46,870 nucleotides of DNA from an uncultured Candidatus Saccharibacteria bacterium (GCA_964589005.1 CAZPQI010000003.1:1-46870), one strand, 5' to 3'; positions 27,997 to 37,694 are shown, counted from the first letter of the stretch. Translations and numbers: made by a program. Notes: generated by a model from the sequence alone, not told the origin.

Positions 27997-28510
27997 TGGA
28001 GATGGCGGGAATTGAACCCGCGTCCATGAAAGTCTGCAAGAATGCGTCTACAAAGTGTAGTTTACTCTAAGTTTAAATATAGTGTGTAAAGAGTAAACAA
28101 AACCACACCATTAGGAGTTGCACAGTTGGCACATTTCGTTGTTACTTCACAAAAAATGTCATTACGCCATATTATAATATGACTCAATCCATTTTTTGCT
28201 CGTGCCTAGAACTGCATCCAACTGTGCAACTCCTAAATATATCGATTTCCTTAATTTAAATAACGAAGCGGATCAAGAACGTTATCGATTTCGAAAGTTT
28301 GACACCGCGTTTGCTCTATCGAACGTCAGGCAAGGCGATGGTCGCTTAGGCGGTTACGCGTAAGCGAAGCCGAAATCCTTCATCTGTAAAGGTGAGAGAA
28401 CTCCGCGTGTAAGTTTATTTACACTTATGGTTTGAGTATTTTTTAAGGAAGTATACTCACTTCCACTTTGCACATAAACACAGGGCTTCCTGTCGAATCT
28501 AGTCACCCCC
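27997..28510 (-). ncRNA. ssrA: tmRNA, 514 nt including a 126-nt insertion; tag (A)VNKLTRGVLSPLQMKDFGFAYA*
   Basis: 5' GGGGGTGACTAGATTCGAC; 3' GGACGCGGGTTCAATTCCCGCCATCTCCA with G3.U70; tag ORF 28422-28354 after ATAAGT; adjacent to smpB. Confidence 0.93.
28111..28236. mobile_element. MITE-like foldback insertion inside tmRNA (perfect 19-bp inverted arms)
   Basis: ttaggagttgcacagttgg / ccaactgtgcaactcctaa; core motifs shared with 7190-7337. Confidence 0.75.
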
Positions 28511-28563
28511 CACTTTCAATCTACAAGTAGATTGAAAGTGGGGAACGGCTATGAGCACAAATA

Positions 28564-29007
28564 TTATTTACTTTTCATTTCTCGCTCAATCGAGATTTTC
28601 GTCTGGCGCTCTTTAATTTTTTCGCGTTTATCTTTTTGTTTTTTACCTCGCGCGAGTGCGAACGAAAGCTTCAATACGCTTCCTTTATTATACAACGAAA
28701 TAGGTACTATTGTCAATCCTTTGGCCGAATCCGTTCCTTCGAGCTCCAGTAATTCTTTTTTAGAAAGTAATAAACGGCGTACTCGTTCAGGGTCATACGA
28801 ATTCGGAGTATTTTCGGGTTGATACGGCTCAATGGTAGCGCCTACAAGGTATGCTTCACCGCCACGCACTAAAACGCGCGCGCCAACTAGACTACCGCGT
28901 TTTGCTCGAATCGACTTAACTTCGATGCCCAAAAGTTCAATTCCTGCTTCAAATTCCTTAAGAAACTGAAAGTCGAAACGAGCTCGTTTATTTTGTATAA
29001 GTGCCAT
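28564..29007 (-). CDS. smpB: SsrA-binding protein
   Basis: NKRARFDF, EAGIELLGIEVKSIR, RRLLL.KKE, LARGKK..DKRE.IK. Confidence 0.97.
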   Translation of the reverse strand: MALIQNKRARFDFQFLKEFEAGIELLGIEVKSIRAKRGSLVGARVLVRGGEAYLVGATIEPYQPENTPNSYDPERVRRLLLSKKELLELEGTDSAKGLTIVPISLYNKGSVLKLSFALARGKKQKDKREKIKERQTKISIEREMKSK

Positions 29008-29063
29008 ACAGAAACTTTAACATAAAGAGATATATGTACACATTCGTTTTCAGATTTCCCTAA

Positions 29064-29089
29064 AAGTGTAGCGATTAATCGCTACACTT
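29064..29089. repeat. Perfect 26-bp loop-less palindrome, centre TT|AA
   Basis: aagtgtagcgatt|aatcgctacactt with imperfect outer extension atttcc/ggaaat. Confidence 0.88.
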
Positions 29090-29134
29090 CTGAAGGAAAT
29101 ATGAGCACAGAGTTTTGATGATATTGACTGGAGT

Positions 29135-30019
29135 CTATTTTTCAACTTGTTTTGCAAGTGCTAGGGCGCCCTCTTTGCTCAGAGCAAACGCCATTGTTCG
29201 TGATGCATGGCAGAACTTTGCATCCGCGACACCACTAACTTTTTGAAATTCTTCATCAGCCAAGCTCGCCCACTCTTTTGGAAACAGAACTCGTGTTTTG
29301 AATTCTCGTGGACGTATTCGCATGGCCTGCGCTCTCCACGAGCCAATGTCCTTGTCGTAGGGCACTATGACCACACTAAAAGGAGTATCGCTTGGGAATA
29401 AACGTGACGGAACCAGAGTTTCAAACACTGGTATAGTGCCGGTATAAGATTCAATTGCATTTTGTATTAACTTTCGTGCTTCAACATCGCCACGAGCTTG
29501 TGCAATCGCTCGCTCTATAATTCCTTTTGCAAAAGCAACGGCATTAGGAAAGTAAGTATCATGGTGTGACTCTTTGCCCCACGGAGCACGAAACGCTTGC
29601 ACTAAATTATCGATGGTTGTTGGACGTAATGTTTTATGTTCAGGGTTCGATTTATACGAATGAGAGTTATTGTCAATAGCATCGATATCTTGCACAAGTT
29701 GTTCGTCAACGAATTTTGCCACTTCTTCGTTGCCCGTGACGTCTACGCCTACATGTTTCCATATCAAACCAAACGCAGCATATGGAATTCCGTTTTCCCG
29801 TACGGGACTTCCGATTTGGTGGTGGTCGAATCGTTTTGCTTCGGGATCATATATACCACCCACATCAAGTACCCAATCTGCCTTGCGTATAATATCTTCG
29901 TCGCGAGTACGGATTATCTCGATATTGTTTTTGCCAAGAGCTAATTCTAAGGTGGCGACGGCGAAAGTATCGTCAGCGTGAAATTCGCCACTGTGCGCAG
30001 CAACTACTATTTTTTTCAT
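29135..30019 (-). CDS. MYG1 family (UPF0160) exonuclease
   Basis: HSGEFHADD, DVGG.YDP...RFDHHQ, AAFGLIWKH, FCH. Confidence 0.92.
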   Translation of the reverse strand: MKKIVVAAHSGEFHADDTFAVATLELALGKNNIEIIRTRDEDIIRKADWVLDVGGIYDPEAKRFDHHQIGSPVRENGIPYAAFGLIWKHVGVDVTGNEEVAKFVDEQLVQDIDAIDNNSHSYKSNPEHKTLRPTTIDNLVQAFRAPWGKESHHDTYFPNAVAFAKGIIERAIAQARGDVEARKLIQNAIESYTGTIPVFETLVPSRLFPSDTPFSVVIVPYDKDIGSWRAQAMRIRPREFKTRVLFPKEWASLADEEFQKVSGVADAKFCHASRTMAFALSKEGALALAKQVEK

Positions 30020-30057
30020 AGACTTACTATATCCGTCTTCACAATTTCAAACAAGGT

Positions 30058-30099
30058 TTACGTTAAACTATGTCAGTTAACTGACATAGTTTAACGTAA
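30058..30099. repeat. Perfect 42-bp loop-less palindrome, centre CAGTT|AACTG
   Basis: ttacgttaaactatgtcagtt|aactgacatagtttaacgtaa. Confidence 0.9.
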
Positions 30100-30125
30100 C
30101 AGTGATAAGTTTCGTCGTAATAGTC

Positions 30126-30160
30126 CCTACAACCTACTGCCTACTCCCTACAACCTAAAA
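30126..30160 (+). repeat. Heptamer tandem repeat (CCTACNN)
   Basis: cctacaa cctactg cctactc cctacaa cctaaaa. Confidence 0.7.
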
Positions 30161-30201
30161 CAGTGCATCCTTGACAAACTTGTGTTACAGTGTCGGCCTA
30201 T

Positions 30202-32226
30202 ATGAAAGGACAACAAAAGCCCTCAAAGAAAGGCGCAAAGAAGAATATTAAGAAAGGAAAGAAGCTGTCGACCTTAGAAACTATGGCGCAAATTCCGAAG
30301 GGCAACTTCTTGGTGCAACTTTTAATTACGTTTATAGTTTTTGGTCTCCTACTTTCTGCATACTCCTCAATCGCTAGTTTCTTTGTAGAAGAAGAGCGCG
30401 TGTCACTTTCGCAGCTTGCGATTGATATTAATTCTGGAATCGTGAGTGAAGTAAAGGTAAGCGGTGAAAATCTTAAAGTTACCTACCCAGTACCAACTCA
30501 GGAAACGCCTGAAGTACAGCCAGCATCAACAACAGCTACAGAAACAGAGCCAGAAGAAATAGTTAAAAAGTCTAAAAAAGAGTCGGAAGCTTCTCTTACA
30601 GAGACACTTGTAAACTACGGAGTAACTGCCGAAGCTCTTGCTGCAGTTAGTATTACAATCGCTGATCCTAGTGGTTTTCGTTACTGGTTTGGAACATTGG
30701 CACCACTTTTTATTCCGATTATTCTTATCCTGATTATCATTTGGTATTTATCTAGACAAATGAAAGGTGGTGGGGGTATGCAGGCGTTTACATTTGGGCA
30801 AAGTAAGGCTCGTATGATTAGCCCCGACGATAAGACACAGAAAGTTTTATTTAAAGATGTTTCGGGAGCAAAAGAAGCCAAAGATGAGCTACTAGAAATT
30901 GTAGACTTCTTAAAAAATCCTAAAAAGTTCATACAAATTGGTGCAACTATCCCTAAGGGGGTAATGCTTATGGGTCAGCCTGGGACAGGAAAGACACTGC
31001 TTGCTCGTGCTGTGGCAGGAGAGGCAAATGTGCCGTTCTTCACTATTTCAGGTTCTGAATTTGTGGAAATGTTTGTGGGAGTCGGGGCATCGCGTGTACG
31101 TGATTTATTTAAAATGGCAAAAAAGATTGCACCAGCGATTATTTTCATCGATGAAATTGACGCAGTAGGGCGCGTGCGTGGTACAGGAGTAGGGGGTGGA
31201 AACGACGAGCGTGAACAAACACTCAACCAAATTCTAGTTGAGATGGATGGGTTTGAGCCAAACGAAAAAGTAATTATTATGGCGGCAACTAATCGCCCTG
31301 ATGTACTTGACCCCGCATTGCTACGCCCAGGGCGATTTGACCGACGCGTTACTATCGATTTACCAGACCGAGAAGGACGCGAAGGAATTCTTACTATCCA
31401 TTCCCGCAAGAAACCACTAGGAGCAGACGTAGATTTGAAAGTTATTGCAGAGCGAACTCCTGGATTCTCGGGAGCTGACCTTGCAAGTTTGATGAACGAA
31501 GCGGCAATTCTTGCAGCTCGAGAAGAGCGTAAGGAAGTTACACAATATGACCTTGTTCGCTCAATCGAAAAGGTAATGCTTGGTCCTGAGCGGAAAAGCC
31601 ATGTGTTGAACAAAAAAGAAAAAGAAATTACTGCATATCATGAGGCAGGACACGCGATTATTGCATCTATTTTGCCGTACTCAGACCCAGTTCACAAAAT
31701 ATCTATCATTAGCCGTGGGCGTGCTGCGGGATACATGCTTAAGTTGCCGTTTGAGGATCGCAGGATGCAATCGAAGAAAGAATTTCTTGACGACATTGCC
31801 GTTTCTCTTGGTGGGTACATTGCAGAAAAAATGATGTTTGACGATGTCACTACTGGGCCTTCAAACGATTTACAAGTTTCTACGAATTTGGCACGCAACA
31901 TGGTAACGCGCTGGGGCATGTCGGATAAATTAGGAACTATCGCACTTGCTGGAGATAATGGAAAAACTTTGTTTGGTTCAGGAGTAAATGGACACGAATC
32001 TTCAGAAAAAGTACAGAGTGAAATCGACTCAGAAGTGAAAAGTATTATGGATAACGCATTCGAAGTGGCAACTAAAATAATTACAGAGAATAAGATTGCT
32101 TTCGTTGCAATTGCCAAAAGACTTATTGAAAAAGAATCAATTGAACGTCCAGAGTTTGAAGATATACTACGCGAGCACAACATAGTGGTGAAGAAAAAAG
32201 AGGATATTGAACACGCTGGGGTATAA
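30202..32226 (+). CDS. ftsH: ATP-dependent zinc metalloprotease FtsH
   Basis: 2 TM segments, [29 protein letters not shown]. Confidence 0.98.
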   Translation: MKGQQKPSKKGAKKNIKKGKKLSTLETMAQIPKGNFLVQLLITFIVFGLLLSAYSSIASFFVEEERVSLSQLAIDINSGIVSEVKVSGENLKVTYPVPTQETPEVQPASTTATETEPEEIVKKSKKESEASLTETLVNYGVTAEALAAVSITIADPSGFRYWFGTLAPLFIPIILILIIIWYLSRQMKGGGGMQAFTFGQSKARMISPDDKTQKVLFKDVSGAKEAKDELLEIVDFLKNPKKFIQIGATIPKGVMLMGQPGTGKTLLARAVAGEANVPFFTISGSEFVEMFVGVGASRVRDLFKMAKKIAPAIIFIDEIDAVGRVRGTGVGGGNDEREQTLNQILVEMDGFEPNEKVIIMAATNRPDVLDPALLRPGRFDRRVTIDLPDREGREGILTIHSRKKPLGADVDLKVIAERTPGFSGADLASLMNEAAILAAREERKEVTQYDLVRSIEKVMLGPERKSHVLNKKEKEITAYHEAGHAIIASILPYSDPVHKISIISRGRAAGYMLKLPFEDRRMQSKKEFLDDIAVSLGGYIAEKMMFDDVTTGPSNDLQVSTNLARNMVTRWGMSDKLGTIALAGDNGKTLFGSGVNGHESSEKVQSEIDSEVKSIMDNAFEVATKIITENKIAFVAIAKRLIEKESIERPEFEDILREHNIVVKKKEDIEHAGV

Positions 32227-32235
32227 TCAACTCTA

Positions 32236-33168
32236 ATGGGGAAAGGAATAGAAGGGCATCCACAGAAATCAGAAAACACTGCCTCCGCGCACGAACTTTT
32301 TGATGCTTTAGTTGCAGGTGACTTGAAAGCAGCGCAAAAACTAGAAAACGAAGTGAAAGATACCATTGACACCCACTGGGCTGAGCGTGTGTATCCTTTA
32401 CGCGACGAAATAAGCGAATTTGTTTCTGAATTAGGTACACACTTCAATGACGCTGGGGAACAGCAACGAGTTATCGAAGCATTGCGTTTAATGTTTGACG
32501 TTCACGTTGATCAAAAAAATCGTATCGATGGCACGTCGGTCGTGTCACATACTCTTGCTGTAGGATATGGTGTTCTTCGCAACTACCCAACGGCAACTTC
32601 AGATGAAGTTATTGCTGCCCTCCTGCATGATTCTATTGAAGATAGACCAACGCTACTTGCCAAAATGGGGAGGGATGTTGATCTTGCAAAAGCGGACGAA
32701 GGTTTCTTGCGGAGTGAGGCGCGCGCGTTTATACAACAGCGTTTTGGCGACAGAGTGGCGAATCTTGTACATGGTTTAACTAGTCCATTGCCGTATCCGC
32801 ATGACGACGATCTCGACTACGAGGCGCCAACGTCATCTTCCGTCGATATCTACCGTGAGTACATGCATAGCTTGCTTGCAAGTGGAGACTCAGGACTTAT
32901 TGCCATCAAGTGGGAAGATGCAAGACAGAATTTACCACTCGATAATCTAGAAAAAAATCTAGTAAAAAGTGGTAATGGGCAGGAAGTTGGGGAGACTACA
33001 AAAAAATCTGAGTCGTTGCGCCGAAAGTATGGTCCTGTATTGAAGCATGAGTGGCTGTCGTTTTGGCGTGACATAGTGGACACGGAACACTCCTTATATG
33101 CACAGCGTGAAGAATCGTTGACATTTATTGAACATTTATTACGAACAGATTATAAAGAAAAAGACTAA
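32236..33168 (+). CDS. HD-domain protein, RelA/SpoT hydrolase (SAH/Mesh1)-like, diverged
   Basis: H.DQ.NR.DG...VSH, AALLHDSIED, FGDRVA.LV.GLT, IK..D...NL. Confidence 0.7.
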   Translation: MGKGIEGHPQKSENTASAHELFDALVAGDLKAAQKLENEVKDTIDTHWAERVYPLRDEISEFVSELGTHFNDAGEQQRVIEALRLMFDVHVDQKNRIDGTSVVSHTLAVGYGVLRNYPTATSDEVIAALLHDSIEDRPTLLAKMGRDVDLAKADEGFLRSEARAFIQQRFGDRVANLVHGLTSPLPYPHDDDLDYEAPTSSSVDIYREYMHSLLASGDSGLIAIKWEDARQNLPLDNLEKNLVKSGNGQEVGETTKKSESLRRKYGPVLKHEWLSFWRDIVDTEHSLYAQREESLTFIEHLLRTDYKEKD

Positions 33169-33269
33169 AAGTTATATTTTTTAGATGTCAAAGAGCTTGA
33201 GATTTACGATCAATTTTTAAAGTCGAACATATGATATAATTAAATAACAGAGTGTTCACATGTTCATTT

Positions 33270-33932
33270 ATGGCTAAAAGAAAGGAAAAAGAACTTGCGT
33301 TAAAGTTGAGAGAGCAGGGTAAAACCTATTCTGAAATAAAAGAACGCATATCTGTAAGCAAGGGCACATTGAGTCTGTGGTTACGTGATAAACCACTTTC
33401 TTCTGAGCGTATGCGAGAAGTGCGGGATAATAGTCAGAAACGAATTGAAAACTATCGCAACACCTGTAGGAAAAGAAGAGAAAAAATTTTGTCACATGCT
33501 TACGGAGTAGCTGAACAAGATATTGGAGATCTTTCTAAACGTGATATTTTTATTGCTGGTTTGTTTCTATATTGGGGAGAAGGCTCCAAGCAGGATCATG
33601 CAGAGATTGGACTTTCAAATACTGATCCAGCAGTACTTAAATTTTTCTTGAAATGGCTAGATGTGTTATCTGTACCAAAAGATAAATTACGTATCCGTCT
33701 GCAATTGTATTCCGACATGGATATTGAAAAAGAAAAGCAGTATTGGTCTTATGAATTGGAGATACCAAAGAGTCAGTTTCGTAAACCGTATATTAAGAAG
33801 TCTAAGCTTTCTAACGTGACACATAGACGAGGAGGCTTTGGACACGGAACATGTGTAATTTTATACGGCAGTAGAGAAGTTAACGATTATGTATTACAAA
33901 GCATGGAGTACTTACGTAAAACAGTTGAATAA
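33270..33932 (+). CDS. tRNA-adjacent HTH + LAGLIDADG-like protein
   Basis: N-terminal HTH (LREQGKTYSEI...VSKGTLSLWL); IAGLFLYWGEGSK, LSNTDP..LKFF..WL. Confidence 0.7.
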   Translation: MAKRKEKELALKLREQGKTYSEIKERISVSKGTLSLWLRDKPLSSERMREVRDNSQKRIENYRNTCRKRREKILSHAYGVAEQDIGDLSKRDIFIAGLFLYWGEGSKQDHAEIGLSNTDPAVLKFFLKWLDVLSVPKDKLRIRLQLYSDMDIEKEKQYWSYELEIPKSQFRKPYIKKSKLSNVTHRRGGFGHGTCVILYGSREVNDYVLQSMEYLRKTVE

Positions 33933-33967
33933 GTATAATATGTGACGTACGATGCAACGTATATTTT

Positions 33968-34042
33968 CCGCCTATAGCTCAATTGGTCAGAGCATCTAGC
34001 TTATATCTAGAAGGTTTCTTGGTTCGAGTCCAAGTGGGCGGA
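33968..34042 (+). tRNA. tRNA-Ile (anticodon TAT)
   Basis: Acceptor CCGCCTA/TGGGCGG-A, D arm GCTC/GAGC, anticodon arm TCTAG-CTTATAT-CTAGA, T arm CTTGG-TTCGAGT-CCAAG. Confidence 0.9.
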
Positions 34043-34052
34043 CAGCGTTAAG

Positions 34053-34079
34053 AAAAACGAGCACTACTGGCTCGTTTTT
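34053..34079 (+). terminator. Terminator after tRNA
   Basis: aaaaacgagc...gctcgttttt. Confidence 0.75.
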
Positions 34080-34089
34080 TAGCTGTCCG

Positions 34090-34260
34090 AGGCGGAGCCA
34101 TGTCTGATTGAATTGAAGACAGGCGAACCCAGACCAGCACCCCGATGAGTACTTCCTATTCTACTAATTTGTTGCCACTCATAAGTAAACAGGGGCGAAG
34201 TGCTTAGTAGAATTGAGTGCGCAGCACTAAAATTATACTTAGCAACTTGTGGTGACAAGT
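34090..34260 (+). repeat. tRNA-linked structured element (second copy)
   Basis: CCAGACCAG (34129-34137), a 61-nt hairpin insert, then a 62-nt block matching 27809-27870. Confidence 0.8.
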
Positions 34261-34411
34261 TAAGGAAACTTGTATGAACCGTATATACGGTGTAGTGTCT
34301 GTGTAGATACAATTGTGTGTTAAGCGAACCTCGCATGATGCGAGCCATTTGCGCTATCAGAAAGAAGGGCTGTCATATAGGCGGTTACGGCTGCCTCGGC
34401 GGTTTAAAGTT

Positions 34412-35035
34412 ATGGATGGAATGCTTCTTAGGAAAACTGTTGCATTACGAGAAGGAATTAAAAAAGGAAAGCTTAACCCAGTTTGGGTTGAGTCGATGCT
34501 TCAGCAGGTTGTTGAAGATAATAGGTCGGCTGATTTTTTACTCCGGTCCGTTTGGCGAACACTTAAACGTCCGAGTCTTAAGGAGATTGGTATTCTTCTT
34601 GAGCGAACAATTGAAGGGTACCAGAGAGGTTTTGAAACCAATCTGAGAGAGCGCTTAAACTCAATGAATTGGAACGATGGTCCAGATGAGATTGATCTTT
34701 GTATCGTAACAATGAAAAATCTCTTTCTTTGTCGCAGAGAGCATCCTCTTGAAAAAGAAGGGCTTGTTATTAAGCATGCGCTTGATCAGAGTTTGAAATT
34801 TTGTCCAGATTGGGTTGTACCAGCATTGGTTTTGCATGCTGAAAAAACGTGCCCAAAACCAGAAGATGAAAACGAGCATTTTCAATTCAATCTATGTCTT
34901 GCGACAGATGAGCAAGCTGGCGACGGGTTTGGAGTGTTCTTCCGACGCGAATGGTATATGCACAGCAGAGATACACAACATAATGTATCTTGGTCGAGTA
35001 ATATTAAGTGGCTATTCGTGAAACCAAGACTGTAG
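34412..35035 (+). CDS. Hypothetical protein
   Basis: Long ORF, likely start ATG 34412; no recognisable motif; followed by a terminator hairpin. Confidence 0.6.
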   Translation: MDGMLLRKTVALREGIKKGKLNPVWVESMLQQVVEDNRSADFLLRSVWRTLKRPSLKEIGILLERTIEGYQRGFETNLRERLNSMNWNDGPDEIDLCIVTMKNLFLCRREHPLEKEGLVIKHALDQSLKFCPDWVVPALVLHAEKTCPKPEDENEHFQFNLCLATDEQAGDGFGVFFRREWYMHSRDTQHNVSWSSNIKWLFVKPRL

Positions 35036-35182
35036 TTCATTATAGTTACAAAAACGCCATAACGCCCCAGAATCACTGGGGCGTTATTTTTTATACACAC
35101 GACACATGAATATAAGATATTTTTATACTATGCTGTAAGTATCAAGCAGAAACTTCGTCTTCTGTATGTATACGCAATTTTT

Positions 35183-37633
35183 ATGATTAAAAAAATATTT
35201 ACATTCGGTGCTCTTGTAGCGGTTATTTTGGTTGGTGTGCAGGTTCAACGAACCGAGGCTCTTTCGTGTGCTCAGCCAGAGCCTAATAATAGTTTTATTG
35301 CAAATGGAGGGATGATTTTCGTTGGTTCAGTAACCAGTAATGTTTCTATCGGTACAGCTTTCGTGGTTAGCAATTCTGTGGACAAACGGAAGGTTACATT
35401 TAACGTGGAGCGAGTCTGGAGTAATTCGACGATTGCAACACCGTTTAGTGTTGTTGATAATGTTCCTCCTGTTGGAGGTCCTCCATTCGGTGATGAACGA
35501 GATCCGTGGGGTTTCCGTGACACATTTAAAGTTGGAAAACGTTACATTGTTTATGCCGAAATACAGGATGGTGAGTATCTTGTAAACATAGGAGCGTGTG
35601 CATCTTCGCGTGTAGCGTCATCACAGGTTATCGCAAACCTTACTGTAGAGTTAGGACAAGGATATGTACCTAAGCAGACGGTTACGAAACCACCAACAAC
35701 AGGGGGAACGTTTACTAGTGGCTTACTTGCACAAATTCAGAGCCTACTTACATTAGTGTCTTCTTTGCAGCAACAGTTGGCAAATATTGAAAATAATACA
35801 GTAGTGAATGATTTTGGGTCTTGTGTTGCCAAGACAGGAATTGTGCTCGAATCGTATCCACGACAGTGTATATATAATAGTCAAACATTCGTAGAAGTTA
35901 TTAAGAACACACAACCACCACCTCCAACATTTTCTTGTCCAACGCTATCGCAAAATTTATGGCAGGGAGTGAAGGGGCCCAGTGTTGCATCATTACAGCA
36001 ATTCTTGCTCTCTGCAGGTACATATACCTATCCTGAAATTACTGGGTATTATGGACCCGCAACACAGCAGGCGGTTGAAAAATGGCAGGCGCAAAATGGT
36101 GTAGTGAGTTTTGGAACTCCTAACACAACAGGATATGGAGTGGTGGGGCCCGCAACACGTGCGGCGATTTCACGAGTGTGTGGTGGAGTGATTACAACAC
36201 CCATTACTCCCATTACACCTACTACTCCTACGGTGTGTACGCTTGAATACGCACCTGTGTGTGGACAAAAGCAGGTGCAATGCTTCACGACGCCGTGTAA
36301 TCCAATACAAACTACATACTCGAATACGTGCCAACTCAAAGCATCGGGTGCACAGTATCTCCACGAAGGACAGTGTCGTACTGGTATCCCGCCAATTTCT
36401 GGAAACCCTGTTATTCAAGGATTTACTGGACCTACTACATTACGCATAGATGAAACAGGTATTTGGAAGATTAGGGCAAGCGATCCGCAAAACGGACCAC
36501 TGAGTTACAAAATAGATTGGGGCGAAAGGAAATATAAAAGCGCATTTGACTCAATTACTGCTTTGGCTAATTACGGGTTTGTACAAAATGCAACATTTAC
36601 GCATACCTATAAGTTTGTCGGTGAGTACATCGTTAGTGTAACCGTGCGCGATAACCAAGGGTTAACAGCTAAGACTACTATTACTGTGTCTGTTACCACT
36701 GATGAGGCCGAAATAGGTTTTGATATTTCTCCGACAACTGGCACGGCTCCTCTAGCTATCACTGCCACAGCAACGCTTCCTCCTCGATCGGGATACGATC
36801 TAGTAGAAATATGCGGACCGATAAATATTGGAACCATATATTGGGGAGACGGCACCCAAAGCCAACCTACTCGTTTAGGATGCAGTAGCCAAAGAATAGT
36901 CACATTGGTGCATACGTATCAAAGTGGCGGTACGTACCCAGTTTCATTTTTGGGAACTGATGGAACGACGTATTCTAAAACGTTAGTTGTAGGCAATGCC
37001 CTAGTTAGTGATCCTGCTTCCGCGTCATGTGTAAGTAGTGGTGTAACATATAGCGAAGGTTCCAAAAGAGAGTGTATTGATAGAGAAAATGATGGTTCTG
37101 TTGAATGTGTATCAGATGCGTCGTATGCATGTCGTGCGGGAGCGTGGCAAATAGAAGGAGATGTGGGAGGGCGAGTTTGTACCTCAGGTACCAATTATGG
37201 TGGTGGTTACTACGAACAGTGTATAACACCCAACGACACGTTGAGTGTCTTTCAGCCGTCAGGAGGATTTTATAATTTCGGCGACGAGATTAATGTCAGA
37301 TGGTCAACAAATATATCAGACACGAATTCAGGAATGTATCTCGTACTCGAAGATTCGGTAACGGGTACGCGGTTTACTTCTACAAAAGTAAATAAATCAG
37401 ATGGGCAAGCAACAATAAATGTAGGAAGTAGTTGCAACTTCTTCTTTTCAGACGGTATTGATGGCGCGTGTACAGTACTCAGAAACAATATTTCTAACGG
37501 AGGTCTCCGCTATCGTATTAAGGCGGTAATCTATTCTCCCAAAAATGCTTGCTTTGGATTCTGCGCTCCAGGAAGCACTACTACCACTGAAACTATAATA
37601 GAATCGTATTCACTCCCATTCACGATTAGCTAA
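35183..37633 (+). CDS. Secreted multidomain surface protein: TIMP/CbiN-like N-domain, peptidoglycan-binding domain, Kazal-like, PKD repeats
   Basis: Signal peptide (ALSC); VASLQQFL...ITGYYGPATQQAV..WQ...GVVGPATR; CTLEYAPVCG...TYSNTC; DWGE/YWGDG...HTY. Confidence 0.85.
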   Translation: MIKKIFTFGALVAVILVGVQVQRTEALSCAQPEPNNSFIANGGMIFVGSVTSNVSIGTAFVVSNSVDKRKVTFNVERVWSNSTIATPFSVVDNVPPVGGPPFGDERDPWGFRDTFKVGKRYIVYAEIQDGEYLVNIGACASSRVASSQVIANLTVELGQGYVPKQTVTKPPTTGGTFTSGLLAQIQSLLTLVSSLQQQLANIENNTVVNDFGSCVAKTGIVLESYPRQCIYNSQTFVEVIKNTQPPPPTFSCPTLSQNLWQGVKGPSVASLQQFLLSAGTYTYPEITGYYGPATQQAVEKWQAQNGVVSFGTPNTTGYGVVGPATRAAISRVCGGVITTPITPITPTTPTVCTLEYAPVCGQKQVQCFTTPCNPIQTTYSNTCQLKASGAQYLHEGQCRTGIPPISGNPVIQGFTGPTTLRIDETGIWKIRASDPQNGPLSYKIDWGERKYKSAFDSITALANYGFVQNATFTHTYKFVGEYIVSVTVRDNQGLTAKTTITVSVTTDEAEIGFDISPTTGTAPLAITATATLPPRSGYDLVEICGPINIGTIYWGDGTQSQPTRLGCSSQRIVTLVHTYQSGGTYPVSFLGTDGTTYSKTLVVGNALVSDPASASCVSSGVTYSEGSKRECIDRENDGSVECVSDASYACRAGAWQIEGDVGGRVCTSGTNYGGGYYEQCITPNDTLSVFQPSGGFYNFGDEINVRWSTNISDTNSGMYLVLEDSVTGTRFTSTKVNKSDGQATINVGSSCNFFFSDGIDGACTVLRNNISNGGLRYRIKAVIYSPKNACFGFCAPGSTTTTETIIESYSLPFTIS

Positions 37634-37694
37634 AAATTAGACATATCCCCGTATGTACTTTGTAGGTCGAGGTCTCAGCGTATATTATGAAGAC

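Noticed and set aside
27797-28025. Group I intron in the tmRNA T-loop (GAAGGGCTGAGTCCAGACC resembles a P7/S motif and a second 3' end follows)
   Set aside because: The tmRNA already has an uninterrupted T-arm and acceptor strand at 28025-27997, the spacer is too short for a ribozyme core, and the same block occurs after tRNA-Ile with no exon context.
28161-28188. dif/Xer site within the tmRNA insertion (catattataatatg dyad)
   Set aside because: It does not match the XerD arm TTATGTTAAAT, and a short AT-rich dyad is expected by chance.
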